Shown here: positions 1 to 9,708 of the stretch, piece by piece | Numbering within the stretch: the first letter of the stretch is position 1 | Layout of the letters: each line of letters begins with the position of its first letter | Origin: an uncultured virus (IMG/VR IMGVR_UViG_3300032117_000007) | Lineage: Duplodnaviria > Heunggongvirae > Uroviricota > Caudoviricetes | Reading direction: 5' to 3' (one strand) | DNA: 64,000 nucleotides | IMG/VR virus record: IMGVR_UViG_3300032117_000007 | Program-made: the position numbers and the translations under genes | The notes under the pieces: generated by a model | The model's input: the letters and a program-made list of their open reading frames with translations, nothing else | The model's database searches: none | What the model was told of the DNA's origin: nothing

Positions 1-1
1 T

Positions 2-1588
2 GTAGCAAATGGCATATTCATTGCCAATAGCACAACAACTCAAGGCAATGGATTTGTTACAAATTCCACAGGCATGTATATTACAGGTGTGGTCAATGCT
101 ACATCTATTCAGGTTGGTTCCTCTGATGTAATTAATTCCACAGGCATTTTTACGAGTGGCATTGTAAATGCCACCACTGTATATGTCGGTTCCGTGAATG
201 TTAATACTGCTATTACAAGTAATGCTGCAACAGCATATTCAAATGCCACAACATATTCTGCAACTCAATTAGCATCAAATATTGCAACTGTTAATACTGC
301 TATTACAGGAAATGCGGCAACGGCATATACAAATGCCACAACATATGCCGCAACAATAGCAGGTACTGCATATTCAAATGCCATATCATATGCCGCAACA
401 ATAGCAGGTACTGCATATTCAAATGCCATATCATATGCCGCAACAATAGCAGGTACTGCATATTCAAATGCTGTAGCAAATGCGGCCGCACTTTATTATC
501 CAACAACAAATCCTTATGGTTTTGCCAATTCAACCAATAGTAATAATATTAATGGCAATGCTTATAATATTACACAATATACTATTAATCAAAATTTAGG
601 TACTAGTAATTCACCGACATTTAATAATGCATATGTTTCTGGCACTGTTGCCATGGGTTCTTCATTTTTAAGAAATCGTATTATCAATGGTGCAATGCAG
701 ATCGCGCAGCGGGGAACAAGTTTTAGTTCACCGGTAAATGGTTCATATACATTAGATAGATGGTTTGTAAATTGGACTTCGGCTTCTCCGGGAAGTATTG
801 CTCAGGTTGCCGGGCCAAGTGGCCCGGCCGGGGTAACTGGTTATCAGTATGCTCTTGAAATTGCTGGCGGATCAGGAAATTCGCAAACACAAATTACGCA
901 ACGTATTGAATCTTATAATATTGCAGATCTTGCTGGAACAACAGTTACATTATCAGTAACAATGTTAGCTTCAAGTGCACAAACAGTTGCTTGGAGAATA
1001 GCTTATCCACCATCACGAGATACTTGGACATCTCAAACAAATTTTGCATCAGGGACGTTTAGTGTTACAACCTCGGCTCAAACTTTTTCCGCGCAAATAT
1101 CCTTGCCTTCGCAAGCGGCATATGGGTTGTCAATTTCTTTTTTGCCTAACAATGCTGGTGCTTTTACATCTGGCACATTAGATATAACCGGCGTCCAACT
1201 TGAAGCTGGGTCTGTCGCCACGCCGTTTGAACGGCGACAAATCGGAACAGAATTGGCGTTGTGCCAACGGTATTATTACAAGCTAAAAGCAGCAACTGCA
1301 TTTGCTAACGCTGGCGTGGGTCGGGCATATTCTACCACAAACGCCCAAGCGATGATTGGGCTTCCGGTGTCTATGCGAACTGGTCCTACTGGTTCTTATT
1401 CCGCACTATCAGATTGGAATGATTCTGGAGGCGGAACGCCATCTGCAATCGACCCTGTAAGTCAATATTCTTCGGACTGTCGTTGGATGACGGTTAATTT
1501 GACTGGAACTTACACAAGTGGTCAGAGCATTGTTTTGAACGCTAATAACACAACAAATGCTTATATTGCTTGGAGTGCTGAACTATGA
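2..1588 (+). CDS. Tail fibre protein, C-terminal part (frame open from window start)
   Basis: Ala/Asn/Thr-rich repeats, then a RNRIINGAMQIAQRG...DRW...GVQLEAGSVATPFE...LCQRYY domain typical of phage tail fibres; no stop between position 2 and the ATG at 74. Confidence 0.8.
   Translation, partial: VANGIFIANSTTTQGNGFVTNSTGMYITGVVNATSIQVGSSDVINSTGIFTSGIVNATTVYVGSVNVNTAITSNAATAYSNATTYSATQLASNIATVNTAITGNAATAYTNATTYAATIAGTAYSNAISYAATIAGTAYSNAISYAATIAGTAYSNAVANAAALYYPTTNPYGFANSTNSNNINGNAYNITQYTINQNLGTSNSPTFNNAYVSGTVAMGSSFLRNRIINGAMQIAQRGTSFSSPVNGSYTLDRWFVNWTSASPGSIAQVAGPSGPAGVTGYQYALEIAGGSGNSQTQITQRIESYNIADLAGTTVTLSVTMLASSAQTVAWRIAYPPSRDTWTSQTNFASGTFSVTTSAQTFSAQISLPSQAAYGLSISFLPNNAGAFTSGTLDITGVQLEAGSVATPFERRQIGTELALCQRYYYKLKAATAFANAGVGRAYSTTNAQAMIGLPVSMRTGPTGSYSALSDWNDSGGGTPSAIDPVSQYSSDCRWMTVNLTGTYTSGQSIVLNANNTTNAYIAWSAEL
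342..471 (+). repeat. 45-bp tandem repeat (~3 copies) encoding YAATIAGTAYSNAIS
   Basis: CATATGCCGCAACAATAGCAGGTACTGCATATTCAAATGC at 342, 387 and 432. Confidence 0.95.
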
Positions 1589-1761
1589 ACACATATTCAA
1601 ACGCTCAATATGTTATTGGATATGGCGGTGTTGTTAGCTCAATTCGCGTTGATATTAACGATGTCACAAGTTATGTCCCGATTGATCCGGCAAACACCGA
1701 CTACCAAAACATCCTGGTTCTAGTGGGCCAGGGCGCACTTACCATAGTTCCGGTGGCATAA
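1585..1761 (+). CDS. Small tail-fibre-associated protein (58 aa, not in ORF track)
   Basis: ATGA overlap with the fibre stop; MNTYSNAQY...VPIDPANTDYQNIL; P.DPAN.DYQ proteins commonly follow phage fibres. Confidence 0.65.
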   Translation: MNTYSNAQYVIGYGGVVSSIRVDINDVTSYVPIDPANTDYQNILVLVGQGALTIVPVA

Positions 1762-1823
1762 TTTTTGATTTGTAATATTGATCTGTATCAAAAATTTCCG
1801 CTGTTATTAATACAAATTCATAA

Positions 1824-1831
1824 TATAAATA
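1824..1831 (+). promoter_or_regulatory. T4-type late promoter TATAAATA
   Basis: Exact gp55 consensus just upstream of gp13. Confidence 0.8.
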
Positions 1832-1855
1832 TTATAAACAACCGCGGATAGTAAA

Positions 1856-2596
1856 ATGGCACTTCCTACTTCTAGACAACAATTCAAGTATTACTGCCTT
1901 CGGAAACTTGGAGCTCCAGTAATTGAAATCAATGTTGATGATGATCAAGTGGAAGATCGTATTGATGATGCACTTACTTATTATGCCGATTATCACTTTG
2001 AAGGTGCTATGGATATTTACTACAAGTATCAGGTAACACAACAAGATATTGATAACGAATATATTACAATGCCTGATAATGTGATTGGCGCCGTTGATAT
2101 TTTCCCGATTGGTCAAGGTCTAAACACAAACAATTTATTCAATATTAGGTATCAGATTGCTCTAAACGATCTATATACTCTTACGTCTGTGTCGATGGTT
2201 CCATATTATATGGCACTTCAGCACATTCAATTTCTTGAAGAAATGTTGGTAGGTAAGCAACCACTTAGATATAATAGAAATATCAACAAAGTTTTTATTG
2301 ATATGGATTGGTCAATCGTAAATGTTGGTGATTGGCTCATCATCAAAGCTTATCAGGTTGTTGATCCAAACCAATATACCCGAGTCTGGTCTGATCGTTG
2401 GCTTCAACGATATGCCACTGCTCTTATCAAGAGACAATGGGGATCCAATCTTACAAAGTTTGTTGGAATGAAACTACCCGGAAATGTAGAATTCAACGGT
2501 GAAAAGATTTATAATGATGCCGTGCAAGAAATTGCGGAGCTTGAACAAGAAATGCTTACTTCTTGGAGTCTCCCTGCAACTGACATGATTGGGTAA
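1856..2596 (+). CDS. gp13: Neck protein gp13
   Basis: LRKLGAPVIEINVDDDQVEDRIDDAL, WLQRYATALIKRQWG; synteny with gp14/gp15. Confidence 0.92.
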   Translation: MALPTSRQQFKYYCLRKLGAPVIEINVDDDQVEDRIDDALTYYADYHFEGAMDIYYKYQVTQQDIDNEYITMPDNVIGAVDIFPIGQGLNTNNLFNIRYQIALNDLYTLTSVSMVPYYMALQHIQFLEEMLVGKQPLRYNRNINKVFIDMDWSIVNVGDWLIIKAYQVVDPNQYTRVWSDRWLQRYATALIKRQWGSNLTKFVGMKLPGNVEFNGEKIYNDAVQEIAELEQEMLTSWSLPATDMIG

Positions 2597-2598
2597 AA

Positions 2599-3213
2599 AT
2601 GCTCTCGTTTAAAGAATATCTCCTAGAATCCGATACAGAAACAAATCCAGTCCATGTTGATACATATCATGGTTCTGGGAAATTGTTTAAAAAGTTTGAA
2701 CAAAGACATGCTCGAATTGAACACGATCATATGGGCGGTGGCGTAGGATATTTCACTGATGATAAAGATGTCGGTAAATCCTATGCAAATCATATGGCAA
2801 AATACCATAAGACAAATACACCTTATCTATATCATACTGGTTTAAAAATGAACAATGTATTTGATGTTGATCATAAGTTTTCTGGTGAAAAATTGAAAAA
2901 ACTATTACCACATCCATCAAAACATGAAGATTTTGCTAGAGGTGCTGGTCTTTTAAAACTCGGTGCAGACAAGTATGATATATTGGCAAAATTAAAAACA
3001 GGTTCTGCAAACTTAAAAGGTCATGAAGTTTTCAATGGTCTTTCACGTGCTTTGGGTGGCACATCTCGGGCTAGAGATCATCTTATAAAAAACGGCTATG
3101 ATGGGCTTCGTTATAATGGCGGTGACAATATGGATGCAAAAAGGCATAACGTATATATTCCTTATAATGCTGATTCCATAAAAATTAATAAAATTACCAC
3201 TTGGAAAAAGTAA
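2599..3213 (+). CDS. ADP-ribosyltransferase-like protein (ART-PolyVal-like) with capsid-targeting-like N-terminus
   Basis: YHGS...F..F...GGGVGYFTDD...SYA and GYDG...YIPYNADSIK motifs; N-terminus MLSFKEYLLE. Confidence 0.6.
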   Translation: MLSFKEYLLESDTETNPVHVDTYHGSGKLFKKFEQRHARIEHDHMGGGVGYFTDDKDVGKSYANHMAKYHKTNTPYLYHTGLKMNNVFDVDHKFSGEKLKKLLPHPSKHEDFARGAGLLKLGADKYDILAKLKTGSANLKGHEVFNGLSRALGGTSRARDHLIKNGYDGLRYNGGDNMDAKRHNVYIPYNADSIKINKITTWKK

Positions 3214-3219
3214 AAAATA

Positions 3220-3972
3220 ATGTCGTATTCATTAACCGGTGGTACCAATCTATTCTTTAATAACTATAATTCATTTGGTGAACAAAACCTTATTGAATCA
3301 CTTATTACAGAAGCCATAGCTATCTACGGTCAGTCGATGTATTATATTCCTCGAAACATTGTGAATGAGGATAATGTCTATGGCGAAGATGCTTTATCAT
3401 CTTACACCAATCCTTATTTGGTTTGTATATACATCAAGTCTGTAGATGGCTTTACTGGTGACCAGGAATTCATGTCTAAATTTGGTGTGGAAATTAGAGA
3501 TCAGGTAGTATTTTCTATTTCACAAAGAATATTTTCTCAATGTGTTGGTTCTTATACAAATCAACCTAGACCAAATGAAGGTGATCTTATCTATTTTCCT
3601 CTGAACCAAAAATGTTTTCAAATTAAATATACAAATAAATTTGAAATGTTTTATCAGATGGGTTCCCTTCAGACTTGGGAAATGACATGTGAACTATTTG
3701 AATATTCAGATGAAATCATCAATACTGGTATTCCAGAAGTCGATATTCTTCAGAAACAATTTTCTACCAATATTCTTGACTTCTCATATCTTGATGAATT
3801 TGGGCATGAATTACAAGATGAAAATGAGGATTATTTGGTTGTAGAACCATTTATCATGGGAAATGTTGTAAAAGGTTCTGAGAATGATGTTCTCCCTGAT
3901 GGCACCACAAACTTTGAAACCGGATCAAATGGCTTCATTGATTTCTCGGATTCAAATCCTTTTGGAGAATAA
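3220..3972 (+). CDS. gp14: Neck protein gp14
   Basis: EQNLIESLITEAIAIYG, SKFGVEIRD, RPNEGDLIYFPL, CELFEYS. Confidence 0.92.
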   Translation: MSYSLTGGTNLFFNNYNSFGEQNLIESLITEAIAIYGQSMYYIPRNIVNEDNVYGEDALSSYTNPYLVCIYIKSVDGFTGDQEFMSKFGVEIRDQVVFSISQRIFSQCVGSYTNQPRPNEGDLIYFPLNQKCFQIKYTNKFEMFYQMGSLQTWEMTCELFEYSDEIINTGIPEVDILQKQFSTNILDFSYLDEFGHELQDENEDYLVVEPFIMGNVVKGSENDVLPDGTTNFETGSNGFIDFSDSNPFGE

Positions 3973-4782
3973 TTGATGTCGCACGATCCTTTTTACTTCC
4001 AGTCCATTAGAAAATATACAGTTCTGTTTGGTTCGTTATTTGATGATATTAGAATCATCAGAAATGATTCATCTGGTAGTATGGTTGATCTTATCAAAGT
4101 TCCTATTACATATGGGCCCAGAGATAAGATGCTTGCTCGTGTTGAACAAGATCCAAATATTTCAAGACAGACGGCAATTCAACTTCCAATTATGTCATTT
4201 GAAATGATTGGAATGGAATACGATGGAGCCAGAAAATTACCTGCAACAAATAGAATGAATGTTCCATCTTCTATTACAAATGTTTTTAATTCACAATATA
4301 CACCAGTTCCATATAATATCGGATATGCACTTCATGTATATGTAAAAAATGCAGAAGATGGTTTAAAGATCATTGAACAAATTCTTCCATACTTTACACC
4401 TGACTATACACTTAAGGTAAATCTAATACCCGAAACAAATATCATCATTGATGTTCCTATTGTCCTTGATAAAGTAGAGTTAGACGACAAATACGAAGGT
4501 TCCTTTAAGGAACGAAGAGCTTTGATCTGGACTCTTACATTCACTCTTAAAGCAAATATTTACGGTCCAGTTGCAAATACTGGTGTGATTCTATTTGCAG
4601 ATACAAATTTTTATGTTACAGACTCTACTGGTGCTACAAATAGAATCATAACAACTACGGTTCAACCTGGTCTGACTGCAAATGGTCAACCAACATCAAA
4701 TGCAGCACAATCAGTTCCAGCTAATACAATTTCTGTCACTTCAGATTATGGCTTCATTGAAACTATTACGGGTGAACACTAA
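3973..4782 (+). CDS. gp15: Tail sheath stabilizer/terminator gp15
   Basis: SIRKYTVLFGSLFDDI, VPITYGP, IIEQILPYFTP. Confidence 0.92.
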   Translation: MMSHDPFYFQSIRKYTVLFGSLFDDIRIIRNDSSGSMVDLIKVPITYGPRDKMLARVEQDPNISRQTAIQLPIMSFEMIGMEYDGARKLPATNRMNVPSSITNVFNSQYTPVPYNIGYALHVYVKNAEDGLKIIEQILPYFTPDYTLKVNLIPETNIIIDVPIVLDKVELDDKYEGSFKERRALIWTLTFTLKANIYGPVANTGVILFADTNFYVTDSTGATNRIITTTVQPGLTANGQPTSNAAQSVPANTISVTSDYGFIETITGEH

Positions 4783-5189
4783 TGGAAGATGATGATCCAA
4801 TTGGAAAAGCCTTAGGGATTCCACCTCTAGAAGATAAAAGTAAAGCAGTCACAACTATAGTTCGTGATGCACTCAATGATTCTGCCAATGAAGATTTTAC
4901 TTTTACTAGAGCAAATCTGAAAGAAGTTATTTTAAATGCAAATGATGCTATTGAAAAATTAGCACAAATAGCAGATTCATCTCAGAATCCTAGGGCATTT
5001 GAAGTACTTGCTAAATTAATGGATACCGTTGTGAATGCCTCTGATAAACTTGTGGACACTCATAAGAAATTACAGGATATCGAGAAGTTAATGGAACCTA
5101 GAAATCAGGATGCCAAACAAGTAACAAACAATCTCTTTGTCGGATCGACATCTGAACTATTATCTGTTATCCAGAATATGAAGAAGTAA
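4782..5189 (+). CDS. gp16: Terminase small subunit gp16
   Basis: PRAFEVLAKL, TNNLFVGSTSEL; precedes gp17. Confidence 0.9.
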   Translation: MEDDDPIGKALGIPPLEDKSKAVTTIVRDALNDSANEDFTFTRANLKEVILNANDAIEKLAQIADSSQNPRAFEVLAKLMDTVVNASDKLVDTHKKLQDIEKLMEPRNQDAKQVTNNLFVGSTSELLSVIQNMKK

Positions 5190-5207
5190 TATCATAGACT
5201 CATAGAG

Positions 5208-5236
5208 ATTATACCATGGAATTAGAAATATGTCAA
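5208..5236 (-). promoter_or_regulatory. Antisense sigma70-type promoter (TTGACA-17-TATAAT) pointing into gp16
   Basis: Reverse complement reads TTGACA tatttctaattccatgg TATAAT. Confidence 0.6.
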
Positions 5237-6897
5237 CCGAAATAAACACACCAAATCCAATAGTTAAATTTAGAGGATATAATGGCAATCCTCTTTTAAA
5301 AAGAGAAGGTGTTCAAGTCAACTGGACTCCTGAACTTGTTGAAGAATACATGAGATGTTCAAATGATATTCTATATTTTTGTGAAAAATATATGAGAATC
5401 ATCAATGTGAATCATGGTCTGATGCCTTTTAGACCATATGATTATCAAAAAGAAATGCTTAAAACTATGGATGAAAACCGATATACTATTATCGGTACTG
5501 CACGTCAAGCAGGCAAATCAACCACAACTTGCGCGTTTATTCTCCACTATATCCTTTTTAATAGAGATAAAACCGTAGCACTTCTTGCCAACAAAGGTGA
5601 AACTGCCAGAGAAATTCTAAGTAAAATTCAGTTGGCATATCAACATCTTCCAACATGGCTTCAGCAAGGTGTTGTTGAATGGAACAAAGGTTCATTTTGG
5701 CTTGAGAATAATTCACGTGTTGTTGCTGCGGCAACATCATCTGATAACATCCGCGGTTATACCATCAATCTTCTATTCATTGACGAAGCAGCATTCATTG
5801 AAAATTGGGATTCATTCTTTACATCAGTGTATCCTACAATTACTTCAGGTTCTGATACCAAAGTTGTTCTTGTATCAACACCAAATGGATTGAATCATTT
5901 CTATGCCATATGGCAAAATGCACAAGAAAAAAGAAATAATTATATACCCATTAAAGTTACTTGGGAACATGTTCCAGGGAGAGATGAAAATTGGAGACTT
6001 GATACTCTCTCTGCTATGAATTTTGATCAACAGAAATTTGATCAAGAATATTCCGTTGAATTTATGGGTAGTTCTGGAACACTCATTGCCGGTTGGAAAT
6101 TAAAACAACTTGTTCATCAAATTCCTTTGCATGAAAAAGATGGTCTAAAAGAATTTGAAAAGCCAATCAAAGATCACACATATGTTCAAATAGTCGATGT
6201 GTCAAGAGGAAAAGGTCTAGACCATTCTGCATTTTCTGTTCTTGATGTTACAACTATGCCTTATAAACAAGTGTGTGTATTTAGAAATAATTTGGTAACA
6301 CCCATTGATTATGCCGAAATTGTTTATAGAGTTGCCAAATCTTATAACAATGCTTCAATATTAGTTGAAGTAAATGATATGGGTGAACAAATTTCAAATT
6401 CACTTCATTATGATTTTGAATATGATAATGTTTTATACACTGAATCAGCAGGCAGACTTGGCAAAAGAATTTCCTCAGGCTTTGGTACTGGTGTTGATAG
6501 AGGTATTAGAACTACAAAGTCTGTGAAATCAGTCGGTTGTTCTATTCTAAAATTACTCATAGAACAAAATCAACTTATTGTAAACGATATTGATACAATA
6601 TATGAATTATCTACGTTCTCACGAAAAGGTGTTTCATACGAAGCTGAACCAGGTAAGCATGATGATATGGTCATGGGACTTGTTCTGTTTGGATGGCTTA
6701 CAGATCAATCATACTTCCGTGATATTACTGACATAAATACTTTGGCAAGATTAAGAGAAAAAACTGAAGAAGAAATTGCTAATGATCTTGTTCCCTTTGG
6801 ATTTGTTGACTTTGGTGAAAGCATAGAAGAAGTATTTGAAAGGCCTTTAATTAACAATTGGATGAGTGATTCGGACGTCGAGAACCCTTTCATATAA
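5230..6897 (+). CDS. gp17: Terminase large subunit gp17
   Basis: Walker A ARQAGKST, Walker B LLFIDEAAF, STPNG, DVSRG, HDDMVM nuclease motif. Confidence 0.97.
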   Translation: MSTEINTPNPIVKFRGYNGNPLLKREGVQVNWTPELVEEYMRCSNDILYFCEKYMRIINVNHGLMPFRPYDYQKEMLKTMDENRYTIIGTARQAGKSTTTCAFILHYILFNRDKTVALLANKGETAREILSKIQLAYQHLPTWLQQGVVEWNKGSFWLENNSRVVAAATSSDNIRGYTINLLFIDEAAFIENWDSFFTSVYPTITSGSDTKVVLVSTPNGLNHFYAIWQNAQEKRNNYIPIKVTWEHVPGRDENWRLDTLSAMNFDQQKFDQEYSVEFMGSSGTLIAGWKLKQLVHQIPLHEKDGLKEFEKPIKDHTYVQIVDVSRGKGLDHSAFSVLDVTTMPYKQVCVFRNNLVTPIDYAEIVYRVAKSYNNASILVEVNDMGEQISNSLHYDFEYDNVLYTESAGRLGKRISSGFGTGVDRGIRTTKSVKSVGCSILKLLIEQNQLIVNDIDTIYELSTFSRKGVSYEAEPGKHDDMVMGLVLFGWLTDQSYFRDITDINTLARLREKTEEEIANDLVPFGFVDFGESIEEVFERPLINNWMSDSDVENPFI

Positions 6898-6900
6898 ATA
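6893..6900 (+). promoter_or_regulatory. Late promoter TATAAATA
   Basis: Exact consensus upstream of gp18. Confidence 0.8.
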
Positions 6901-6944
6901 TAACTAAAGAATTTTTATTCAATAAAGCATAGAAAGGAAAAATA

Positions 6945-9074
6945 ATGGCGTATCCTATCAGTCCTGGTGTTAATGTTTCTGAAATTGATCTAACTACGAT
7001 CGTTCCAGCAGTATCTACCACCACCGGTGTCATTGCAGGTGTGTTCCCATGGGGCCCTGTAAATACAATGATCATGACCTCTTCGGAAAATGATCTTATC
7101 GAGAATTTTACTGCACCAACAAATTTAAACGCACAGACATTTTTTACTGCCTCAAGTTTTCTAAACTATGGTGGTTCTCTTTATGTTACGCGCGTTGCTC
7201 AGACAACTTATACAGGTTCACCAAACACCTCACTTCTTGCTGTATCTGCTTGTGCAAATGTTGGTCCATTAGCAAACATCTATTCCGTTTCCGTTTTGAA
7301 TTCAGAAGATTATATCGACAACCATAGCACTTTTGATGCAAACGTCTACTATGTTGCAAAATATCCTGGTTCAATCGGTGATTCGCTTCAGGTTTCAATT
7401 TGTGACTCTGTAAATGCTTATAGTTCAAATGTTAATCTATATGGCACTTCTTCTTCTAATGCTATCAATGGTAGCTTTACGATTGGTATTGGTTCCAATA
7501 CGGCAACGTTGACATTCTATTCTAACAACCAGGTATCTGCTGCAAATGCATATGCCACAACGATTGCTGCATCATTTACAAATGGCGATTTGATTGCTGT
7601 TGGTAACTCTTCCATCGGTATTCAAAATCTACAGATTACCAGCATTGGTGTTCCATCTGTTGTTGGTGGTAACTATTCAACATTTAACATTGGTTTTGCT
7701 GGCGCCTATAGATTGTCATCAAATCTTACTGTATCCAATACAGTAAATGGTAATTCATCTGTTATCAATCTATTACGGTTTTGGCAGTTTGCTACATCTT
7801 TTGGTTCTGCCCCTGTTCAGTCACAGTTTGTGGCTTCTTTTGGTAATACAGCTGCTGTTGATACACTTCACGTAGCAGTTATTGATGCCAATGGCGCATT
7901 TACTGGTGTGGCTGGTGCTATTCTAGAAACATTCCCAAATGTATCACGTGCAACTGATGCTTTCTCTACTACAGGCGGCGCATCAATCTATTACAAGAAT
8001 GTTATCAATAACACCTCAAATTATCTATGGTATGCAAATGATCGTGCTGGTGCTGTTTCTGCAAATTCTCTAAATGTTGCAAGCTCTGGCAATCCATTGC
8101 CATTGACTTTAACAATGCAGAATGGTGCAGACGGTGCCAATGAATATACAATTCCTCTTGGGGTTGTTACGGCAGGTTATACACCTTATGTGAATAAGGA
8201 TGCCGCAGACATTTCATTGGTTCTTCAGGGCGTTCCTCTAGGTGGCACAAATGTAGTCAATGGTTTCAATGTCAATAACTTCCAGCTAGCTAATTGGCTA
8301 GTTCAAAATATTGCAAATATTCGGAAAGATTGTGTGGTCTTTATTTCACCAGATCTTGGTGTAGTTAATTCATATCCTGGTCAAGAAGCTCAAGCACTTG
8401 TTGCTTGGTATGGTGCTTTGTCTGATTCAACATATCAATTTGTTGACTCTGGTTTCAAGCAAATTTATGATCGGTATAATGACATTTATCGGTATGTCCC
8501 ACTCAATGGTGATACTGCTGGTCTATGTGCAAGAACGGATCAGACAAATAATGCTTGGTGGTCTCCTGCAGGATTTAATCGCGGTCAGATTGCAAATATT
8601 GTTAAGCTTAGATATAATCCAAATAAGGCAGCAAGAGATCTTCTATATTCTACTGCTTCAATCAATCCAGTGGTAACATTCCCAGGTAAGGGAACGGTAC
8701 TATATGGTGATAAAACAGGCACATTGAAGCCTTCGGCGTTCAATAGAATTAACGTTCGTAGACTATTCATTGTTCTTGAAAAGGCAATTTCTACTGCAGC
8801 ACAATATTCACTCTTTGAATTCAATGATGCCTTTACTAGAGCTCAATTCACAAATGTCGTGACAAGTTATCTACGACAAATTCAAGCTCTACGTGGTATT
8901 ACTGCTTTCAAGGTTGTGTGTGATACTACCAATAATACACCTGCAGTAATTGATGCTAATCAGTTTGTTGGTGACATTTATGTTCAGCCTGCAAGATCAA
9001 TCAACTTCATCCAGTTGAACTTTGTGGCTGTAAATACAGGCGTTGATTTCTCTACAGTCATCGGACAATTCTAA
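6945..9074 (+). CDS. gp18: Tail sheath protein gp18
   Basis: SPGVNVSEIDLT, WWSPAGFNRG, FNRINVRRLF, PARSINFIQLNFVA. Confidence 0.97.
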   Translation: MAYPISPGVNVSEIDLTTIVPAVSTTTGVIAGVFPWGPVNTMIMTSSENDLIENFTAPTNLNAQTFFTASSFLNYGGSLYVTRVAQTTYTGSPNTSLLAVSACANVGPLANIYSVSVLNSEDYIDNHSTFDANVYYVAKYPGSIGDSLQVSICDSVNAYSSNVNLYGTSSSNAINGSFTIGIGSNTATLTFYSNNQVSAANAYATTIAASFTNGDLIAVGNSSIGIQNLQITSIGVPSVVGGNYSTFNIGFAGAYRLSSNLTVSNTVNGNSSVINLLRFWQFATSFGSAPVQSQFVASFGNTAAVDTLHVAVIDANGAFTGVAGAILETFPNVSRATDAFSTTGGASIYYKNVINNTSNYLWYANDRAGAVSANSLNVASSGNPLPLTLTMQNGADGANEYTIPLGVVTAGYTPYVNKDAADISLVLQGVPLGGTNVVNGFNVNNFQLANWLVQNIANIRKDCVVFISPDLGVVNSYPGQEAQALVAWYGALSDSTYQFVDSGFKQIYDRYNDIYRYVPLNGDTAGLCARTDQTNNAWWSPAGFNRGQIANIVKLRYNPNKAARDLLYSTASINPVVTFPGKGTVLYGDKTGTLKPSAFNRINVRRLFIVLEKAISTAAQYSLFEFNDAFTRAQFTNVVTSYLRQIQALRGITAFKVVCDTTNNTPAVIDANQFVGDIYVQPARSINFIQLNFVAVNTGVDFSTVIGQF

Positions 9075-9098
9075 TAAATAAGGAACGGAGTAAAAAAG

Positions 9099-9668
9099 AT
9101 GCCTTTTAATATTCAAGATTTTGCATCAAATGGTTTGGCGCTAGGTGGCGCCAGACCATCACTCTTTGATGTATTAATTACATTCCCTGCAGGATTTTCA
9201 GGTGATACCAGCACACCTGCAAGCAAACTACAATTTACTTGTAATGCCACTCAGTTGCCTGCTTCTTCTCTAGGTGAAATTCAAGTTCCTTATTTTGGTA
9301 GAAAGATTAAGTTAGCAGGTGATAGAACATTCCAGGATTGGACTATCACCGTCATGAATGATGAGGATTTCCTAGTTCGTGATAGTATTGAATCCTGGCA
9401 TACACAGATTAATTCAATTCAGAATAATCTTCTAAGCACAAGTTTTGATGGTAATCTTTATAAGTCTGCTACTGGCACAATTACACAATATGGCAAGGAT
9501 GGATCAATTCTTAAGTCATATTCAATGGTTAACATGTTCCCAGTAGATGTTTCTCAGGTCGACCTAAGCTGGAATGCTACGGATCAGTTTGAAAGCTTTC
9601 AGGTAACATTTGCTTATGATTACTGGATTCCAACAAATAGTGCTTCTGGTGTTGGTGTAGTCATTTAA
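9099..9668 (+). CDS. gp19: Tail tube protein gp19
   Basis: GGARPSLF, GRKIKLAGDRTF, VTFAYDYW. Confidence 0.95.
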   Translation: MPFNIQDFASNGLALGGARPSLFDVLITFPAGFSGDTSTPASKLQFTCNATQLPASSLGEIQVPYFGRKIKLAGDRTFQDWTITVMNDEDFLVRDSIESWHTQINSIQNNLLSTSFDGNLYKSATGTITQYGKDGSILKSYSMVNMFPVDVSQVDLSWNATDQFESFQVTFAYDYWIPTNSASGVGVVI

Positions 9669-9708
9669 GATTGAATATATAATGAGTATGGTTTAAAGGT
9701 ATAATGCA

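Noticed and set aside
2..1588. Diversity-generating retroelement targeting the tail fibre
   Set aside because: No reverse transcriptase and no template-repeat copy with adenine-specific differences seen in the window.
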